DNA of 23,779 bases, from positions 1-23,779 of the forward strand of contig JAZJZK010000036.1 in assembly GCA_040389905.1 (NCBI GenBank), read 5' to 3'. Source of the stretch: Gemmatimonadota bacterium (GTDB lineage Bacteria > Gemmatimonadota > Gemmatimonadetes > Gemmatimonadales > Gemmatimonadaceae). Within the stretch, counting starts at the first letter, position 1, and every line of letters starts with the position of its first letter. The notes beneath the pieces are model-generated. The model was not told the origin of the DNA. It searched no databases and was given only the letters and a program-made list of their open reading frames with translations. This document shows positions 18,463 to 23,779 of this stretch, piece by piece. A program made the translations under genes and the position numbers.

Positions 18463-19925
18463 CCGGCGCGTCCTCTCACGAACTCGATGAACGTCCCCAC
18501 CGGTACGCCAGTCGGCCCGCGCGGGACCGTGGCCAGATCGGACTCGGTATACGCTGTCCCGGCGACGTCCAGATGCACCCATGGATACTCAACGGCGAAC
18601 TCTGCGAGGAAGAGTGCCGCGCTGATGGTACCCGCCGGACGACCTCCGGAATTCCGGATGTCGGCCACGTCGGACTTGATGAGCTCTTTGTAGTCATCCC
18701 ACATGGGTAGCTCCCACCCCGGTTCCCCCGCTCTTGTTCCCGCTCCGAGGACTTCTTTTACAAGATCCGCATTATTCCCGAGTACGCCCGACGCGGTATG
18801 CCCCAGAGCGATGACGCACGCACCAGTGAGGGTTGCTGCATCGATTACCGCGGCCGGCTTGTAGCGGTTCGCGTACGACAGCACATCCGCGAGCACCAGC
18901 CGTCCCTCGGCGTCGGTGTTGATGATCTCGATGTATTTCCCGGACATGCTGCGAACGACGTCGCCGGGCTTCACCGCAGTGCCGGACGGCATGTTCGTGG
19001 TGGAGCCGATGAGACCCACCACGTTGATCGCAAGCTTCATCCTGGCGATCGACTCCATCGCGCCCAAGACACCCGCTGCCCCGCACATGTCGAACTTCAT
19101 CCACTCCATGCCCTGCGCGGGTTTGATGGAGATACCGCCAGAGTCGAAGCAGAGTCCCTTCCCCACGAGCACCACCGGCGCGGCACCCTCAGCGCCCCCG
19201 CCATACTCGAGCGCGATGAGCTTCGGGTCTTCCGGCGTTCCCTGTGCCACGCAGAGGAAGCTGCCCATCTTCAGGGCTTCCATTTCGGTGCGTCCGAGAA
19301 CGGTCACGGAGAGTCCGTGGCGCGATGCAATATCTCGCGCGGTGTCCGCAAGGAAATCAGGCGTACAGAGGTTGCCCGGCATCATGCCGAGCGTTCTCGC
19401 CAGGGAGTGCCCTTCCGCGATGGCTTTTCCCGCGGCGAGGCCTGCCGCATCGGCGAAAAGGATTGTGGCGCTCGTGAGCGGCAGCCTCCGCTCATCCTCG
19501 GCTGGCGGCGTTTTCGTGTCGGTGTACTCCCACGACCCGGCGTTCAGACCGACCGCGACGGCCTCCGTTTCGCGTGGGTCGAGCGAACCGGAATGGAACG
19601 CCAAGGATCCTGTCCCCATGCGCGCGGCCTGCCGTGCTGCAACCGCCGCCGCACGCCGCAGCGACCCGGCACGGTCCGTGACCTTGCCAAGCCCGATGAG
19701 CAGGATCCGCGCTGGCCCAGTTTCGCCGCCGGCAAAATGCAGTGTTTCATCTCTCCCTCCGCGGAAATCCCTGCGCGCGATACTTCGCGACAGCGCGCCG
19801 CCAACTGCCGCGTCGATGGGAGCCAATGCCCCGTCGAGGGAGCCACCGGCTGGGAGCGCAACCACGAGTAGAGGGACGTCAAGTGTGTCGAGACCGTCGG
19901 ATCCCGCGGCAATCGAGAGCGTCAT
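18459..19925 (-). CDS. pepA: Cytosol leucyl aminopeptidase (M17)
   Basis: Motifs VGKGLCFDSGGISIK, MKFDMCGAA, NTDAEGRLVLAD, ATLTGA and WVHLDVAG. Start at 19925 is preferred; an alternative in-frame ATG lies at 20030. Confidence 0.96.
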   Translation of the reverse strand: MTLSIAAGSDGLDTLDVPLLVVALPAGGSLDGALAPIDAAVGGALSRSIARRDFRGGRDETLHFAGGETGPARILLIGLGKVTDRAGSLRRAAAVAARQAARMGTGSLAFHSGSLDPRETEAVAVGLNAGSWEYTDTKTPPAEDERRLPLTSATILFADAAGLAAGKAIAEGHSLARTLGMMPGNLCTPDFLADTARDIASRHGLSVTVLGRTEMEALKMGSFLCVAQGTPEDPKLIALEYGGGAEGAAPVVLVGKGLCFDSGGISIKPAQGMEWMKFDMCGAAGVLGAMESIARMKLAINVVGLIGSTTNMPSGTAVKPGDVVRSMSGKYIEIINTDAEGRLVLADVLSYANRYKPAAVIDAATLTGACVIALGHTASGVLGNNADLVKEVLGAGTRAGEPGWELPMWDDYKELIKSDVADIRNSGGRPAGTISAALFLAEFAVEYPWVHLDVAGTAYTESDLATVPRGPTGVPVGTFIEFVRGRAG

Positions 19926-20229
19926 ATGCGTGGTCGAAGTCGAGGCGGGCGAGGCGCCCATCCCTTGATGTAACTCGTCGTCGGTTGACGACGTGCTCAC
20001 CTCCGTGTCGCCAGGCATCTGGCGCGCCATTTCGAAAGTGTGCGCTTGTCTGCTATGGCATTCTCCAGGCCGCAGAGAAAAACTGCGATCTGGTTCAACC
20101 GACGCGCATGAGTCGCGCGGCGGCCAACATCCGATTCACAATTTCCTTAGCCTGATAAAACTATTGGGCTCCGCTGAGGGCAGCAAGCGACCATGCAAAG
20201 CAACACCGGTTCGCTGACTCGCGAATCCC

Positions 20230-20971
20230 CGACTGATGGGAACTACGCGTTGGCCGAGTCAGCCTTCCGCAGCGCGGAGCAACCCCCGCGCGCCTCGTGA
20301 ACGCGTCAGTCGGCGTCTTCTTGTCGAGAGCCATCGACGCAAAGTTGGAGTCCTGCACGCGAGCCACTTCCTCGTTCGTGATGTCGCCAGCGCCGCCCGG
20401 ATAGATGCCGTCTCCACTCGTCGTCGAAGCGATTCAGCTGCACGAACGCGCCGAGCGTGAATTTCGCAGTGTCACGTCCAGATGCGACGACACACTCGAG
20501 AAACAGGTCCAGATTATCGAAATGGCCGTCGGTTCCCGTGAAGAAGATCCATGAAGCCGGCGTCGCCAAACGGCAAGGACCCCCAGATCGCGGGCAGCCC
20601 GCTGAGTGTGCGATCCGCAACACTCATGTAATCTCACGGTAAAGGCTTCGCGACAGCGCATCGAGAAAGGGCATGAATCCGCCGTACGGCCGCGCCATCA
20701 CCATGAAATCACGACCGAGCCCCTCGATGATCACCATGACGATGTTCGGATTGGCCGGCGCACGCGTGACAAAGGGTCCGAGAACGTCCTTGTGCGCCGC
20801 AACATGCATAAGGGGATACGCACTCAACGAGGCACTTCCGTTGTCTGGCGCACGACCTTCCACGACGTGGTGGACGAACGTGGTCGCGACGTACTGGGCG
20901 AGACCAGTTGCAACGATCATAACGAGTACAGTGCCAATCCGCTGTAATACACGCCCTAATCTTACCGACAA
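20230..20971 (-). pseudogene. Eroded LTA-synthase/sulfatase-family gene (multiple frameshifts and deletions)
   Basis: Collinear fragments in different frames: YPLMH..DVLGPF..PNIVMVIIEGLGRDF..GGFMPFLDAL; MSVADRTLSGLPAIWGSLPFGDAGFMDL; FFTGTDGHFDNLDLFLE; SVSSHLDVT; AFVQLNRF. Boundaries are approximate. Confidence 0.72.
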
Positions 20972-21123
20972 CAGCTGATGTCAGCCGCAGAAGCAGGACG
21001 AGCGCAACCTACGCAGCTGTCACGAGATTGTGCACTGTACCGCGAACGATGGCTTCGCTGGAACCCGGCGGCAGTGCCATGTACTCATTGCGCGAGCGCG
21101 AACGTTGCCTGCCCCACGGACGC

Positions 21124-21924
21124 CTAGAGCGTGACCTTGAATCCCAGGGCAGCCGTCCAGCTCGTGCGGATGCGACCAGGAGAGAGCACCTCGCGGTCAA
21201 AGCCGAACGACCAGGAACCCACGAGGTCCGTCGCGAGCGGTCGGACTCCGTGTACGTCGGCAGAGAAGGAATTGCTCCGCGCCACCGCGTCTGGCGCAAT
21301 CTGGTCGTTGGGTGTACTCCCGTAACCGACGCGCCCGCCGATGTAGTGGTCGGCGTCTTCGAAGTAGCGCCGTCCGGTGATACTCGCGGACGCCGAGGTG
21401 CCAGTCGTCTTCGATCGCACGTAGGGGCGAAGGGAGACCCAGTAGTTCCCGACGTATTTTCCGACGGATCCGGTGAACAGCGTCACCGGATCTCCGCCGA
21501 AGCGCAACTGCCGGAATCCGAGGCTCGCTTCGTATGCGTCCGGGAGACTCGCGAAGATCTCGCCGCCAAAGCGCCATTCCGGGAACACGCTGGACGCACT
21601 GTAGCCCGCGTTCACGTAGGCATAGACGCCGTCGGCGATGTGCGGATACGCGTCAGCTTCGACCTGAACACCGGACGTCGCGAAGCGGTTGGCATAATTG
21701 ATCTTGGCGATGAACGAGCCAGCTGACGACCGTTCCGTGACGGTGAAGGCCGCCAACTGCCAGCGATCGACACTGCCGTTGAAGTACGCGTAGCTGTAAT
21801 CGACGCCCACTGCCGTTGTTTGCTTCACAGCGGGGCGGGTTTCGGTGGCATCCTGAGCGCCAGCCCGGGAACTGCCAGTCAGCATTGCCGAGACGGCGAG
21901 AAGCCCGCCTGCCGCGAGCCGCAT
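21124..21924 (-). CDS. YaiO family outer-membrane beta-barrel protein
   Basis: Signal peptide (AGA-Q), KINYANRF, QVEADAYP, YAYVNAGYS..VFPEWRFG, YEASLGFRQLRF and GSVGKYVGNYW. The ATG is at 21924; the ORF-track extension crosses the tRNA. Confidence 0.85.
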   Translation of the reverse strand: MRLAAGGLLAVSAMLTGSSRAGAQDATETRPAVKQTTAVGVDYSYAYFNGSVDRWQLAAFTVTERSSAGSFIAKINYANRFATSGVQVEADAYPHIADGVYAYVNAGYSASSVFPEWRFGGEIFASLPDAYEASLGFRQLRFGGDPVTLFTGSVGKYVGNYWVSLRPYVRSKTTGTSASASITGRRYFEDADHYIGGRVGYGSTPNDQIAPDAVARSNSFSADVHGVRPLATDLVGSWSFGFDREVLSPGRIRTSWTAALGFKVTL

Positions 21925-21972
21925 GAAGCGTCGTGGGAGCTGCAAGGGATTCGGCCGCTCGGAATGGAGCGC

Positions 21973-21999
21973 GAAACAACGTGCCGGCTGGGCCGGCGT
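21973..21999 (-). terminator. Weak possible terminator after tRNA-Leu
   Basis: GCCGGC-CCA-GCCGGC followed by ACGTTGTTT on the minus strand. Confidence 0.3.
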
Positions 22000-22011
22000 C
22001 GCAACGATCAA

Positions 22012-22097
22012 TACCCGGGACGAGACTCGAACTCGTATAGCACTCGCGTGCTGGGGGATTTTGAGTCCCCTGCGTCTACCAATTCCGCCACCCGGGC
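22012..22097 (-). tRNA. tRNA-Leu (anticodon CAA), CCA not encoded
   Basis: GCCCGGG/CCCGGGT acceptor stem, GGCGGAATTGGTAGACGC D-arm, GGGGA-CTCAAAA-TCCCC anticodon arm, long variable arm AGCAC-GCGA-GTGCT, ACGAG-TTCGAGT-CTCGT T-arm. Confidence 0.97.
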
Positions 22098-22241
22098 AGT
22101 ATTCGCCGGCGCCGAGGCGCGTAGCGTACCCGTCGAAAATCGCACAACGCTCGCGCTGTGTACAGCGGCTTCGCCCGACGAGATTTCTGCGTCCGGTCGT
22201 AGTGACCGATGCGGTCAGCACGTCCGAAGCGGGCAATTTGG

Positions 22242-22348
22242 TGTCACTATTCTATTCATGCGTCACTTTCCGGTGTTGCAATGTCACTACAGAGGTGATG
22301 CGCGCACTCCTCGGCCCCATAGACCATGCAAACCTAACTCGTTGTCAC
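22242..22348 (+). promoter_or_regulatory. Array of YGTCAC direct repeats, candidate activator-binding sites
   Basis: TGTCAC at 22242, CGTCAC at 22261, TGTCAC at 22282 and TGTCAC at 22343, in an AT-richer intergenic region. Confidence 0.4.
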
Positions 22349-22373
22349 ATCAAGACATACAAATTGCCTTTTG

Positions 22374-22390
22374 CGGCATGCAGGCTGCAT
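22374..22390 (+). promoter_or_regulatory. Putative sigma54 (-24/-12) promoter
   Basis: CGGCATGCAGGCTGCAT has GG at 22375-76 and GC at 22387-88, the exact GG-N10-GC spacing. It resembles TGGCACG-N4-TTGCW and lies about 55 nt before the ATG. Confidence 0.55.
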
Positions 22391-22445
22391 TGTACCGTGC
22401 CGAGTCTGCCATTCCCGCCCGACCCCCTTTGGGAGTCTTCCCTAC

Positions 22446-23779
22446 ATGAAATACCTCTTAGCGTTGCCGCGCAGAGCCTTTGTTACGTTGTTCGGCGCCA
22501 CTCTCCTTCTATCGGCGAGCTTGGTTGCCTGCTCCTCCGACCAGATCACCGGCCTCAAGGCACCGACGGACGCCAATCAGGCGATCGTCAATGGGCTGAG
22601 TCTCGACTGCCCCGTTCCAAGCGTCGCGTTGATGCTCGGCGTGCCGATCGTCCCGATAACGGTGACCGGCCTTGGCCCCAGCACCTTGAGCCTGCTGGTC
22701 TCGGGGCTGCCGGCTGGCCTCACGATGTCGGCCACGACATTGACCGGGACGAGCTCGGCCCAGATCGCCGCGGCGATCATTTCCGGAACGCCCACGGTGG
22801 GGGGCACGTTCAACTATACGCTCACGCTCAACTCGGTTCGGGCGTCGACCAAGACGAATGTGCAGGCCTGCTCGCTCACGGTCGGCTATCCATCGATCTC
22901 CGCGAGCTGCGTGAACATTTCGGGCGTTGCCGGCTCGCCGATCGCGCCGGTCACGCTTGTCGCGTCGGGCGGATCGGGCAGCGGCTATACCTTCTCCGCG
23001 ACCGGCCTGCCGGCTGGCCTGAGCATGGCGGCGAACGGCACCATCTCCGGCACGCCCACGGCAGGTGGCTCGACGGCGAGTTATAGCGTCACCATCACGG
23101 ACGGCGCCGGGAATACGGCGACCCTTACCATGAACTGCCCGATCAACATCGGGTATCCGCCGATCACCGCTTCGTGCGCGGCGATCAACGGGGTAATGGG
23201 TTCCGCGATTACGCCGGTGACGATCTCCGCGGCAGGTGGTTCGGGTGCGGGCTATACCTATACCGCGAGCGGTCTGCCGGCGGGTCTGAGCATGGCGGCC
23301 GACGGGACGATCTCCGGCACGCCGACGGTCGGTGGCAGCTTCACCTACACCGTCACGATCACCGATAGCGCCGGCAACACGTTCACGACGACTGGCTGCA
23401 CGATCACGATTGGCTATCCACCGATCGGCGCCTCCTGCTCCGCGATCAGCGGCGTCATGGGCGCCGCGATCACGCCGGTGTCGATCGCCGCAACGGGCGG
23501 GTCGGGCGCGGGTTACACCTACTCCGCGAGCGGTCTGCCGGCGGGTCTGAGCATGGCGGCCGACGGGACGATCTCGGGCACGCCGACGGTCGGCGGCAGC
23601 TTCACGTATACGGTCACCATCACGGATAGCGCGGGCCACAGCTACACGACGCCTGGCTGCACCATCACGATCGGCTACCCGCCGATCGGCGCCTCCTGCT
23701 CCGCGATCAGCGGCGTCATGGGTTCCGCGATCACGCCGGTGTCGATCGCCGCAACGGGCGGGTCGGGCGCGGGTTACAC
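22446..23779 (+). CDS. Lipoprotein with tandem putative-Ig (He_PIG-like) domains; 3' end outside the window
   Basis: Hand translation gives MKYLLALPRRAFVTLFGATLLLSASLVA-C (lipobox, Cys29), then repeats such as GYTYTASGLPAGLSMAADGTISGTPTVGGSFTYTVTITDSAG. The frame is open to the window end. Confidence 0.9.
   Translation, partial: MKYLLALPRRAFVTLFGATLLLSASLVACSSDQITGLKAPTDANQAIVNGLSLDCPVPSVALMLGVPIVPITVTGLGPSTLSLLVSGLPAGLTMSATTLTGTSSAQIAAAIISGTPTVGGTFNYTLTLNSVRASTKTNVQACSLTVGYPSISASCVNISGVAGSPIAPVTLVASGGSGSGYTFSATGLPAGLSMAANGTISGTPTAGGSTASYSVTITDGAGNTATLTMNCPINIGYPPITASCAAINGVMGSAITPVTISAAGGSGAGYTYTASGLPAGLSMAADGTISGTPTVGGSFTYTVTITDSAGNTFTTTGCTITIGYPPIGASCSAISGVMGAAITPVSIAATGGSGAGYTYSASGLPAGLSMAADGTISGTPTVGGSFTYTVTITDSAGHSYTTPGCTITIGYPPIGASCSAISGVMGSAITPVSIAATGGSGAGY
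22884..23779 (+). repeat. Intragenic tandem repeats of 261-267 nt (87-89 aa Ig-like units)
   Basis: GYP unit starts at 22884, 23151, 23412 and 23673; later units share long identical nucleotide stretches. Confidence 0.92.

Noticed and set aside
20031..22011. Intact integrative element at tRNA-Leu with an att duplication
   Set aside because: I found no repeat of the tRNA 3' end and no integrase; only a decayed island can be argued.
21925..22236. N-terminal extension of the YaiO ORF (370 aa)
   Set aside because: It crosses the tRNA-Leu gene; a signal peptide begins at the ATG at 21924.
21923..23639. ORFs 21923..23086 (+) and 22509..23639 (-)
   Set aside because: They are alternate-frame or antisense shadows of the Ig-repeat gene and the tRNA, Arg-rich with no motifs.

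Overview
GC-rich bacterial window, probably Gemmatimonadota (inferred from gene content and protein styles). Most of it is a run of minus-strand, mainly housekeeping genes. In transcription order: pepA, a plug+barrel outer-membrane protein, yicC-gmk-rpoZ-coaBC-udg-dnaB, radA-ispD-tsaC-(YwlE-like phosphatase)-aroE, comF-gap-pgk-tpiA, a barrel-less plug-domain secreted protein, and secG-carA. The last ~3.7 kb is accessory DNA around a tRNA-Leu(CAA) that the ORF track misses. Downstream of the tRNA lie an intact YaiO-family beta-barrel gene and a badly eroded LTA-synthase/sulfatase pseudogene. Divergent from the tRNA is a lipoprotein with tandem putative-Ig repeats; it runs off the window end, is absent from the ORF track, and follows a sigma54-type promoter and TGTCAC repeats. 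The intergenic spaces hold a family of REP-like palindromic elements and a GCTC-based degenerate tandem repeat. I found no CRISPR array, integrase or transposase, and nothing I can confidently call a new system. The best leads are the repeat family, the repeat-bracketed plug-only gene, and the sigma54/Ig-lipoprotein locus.
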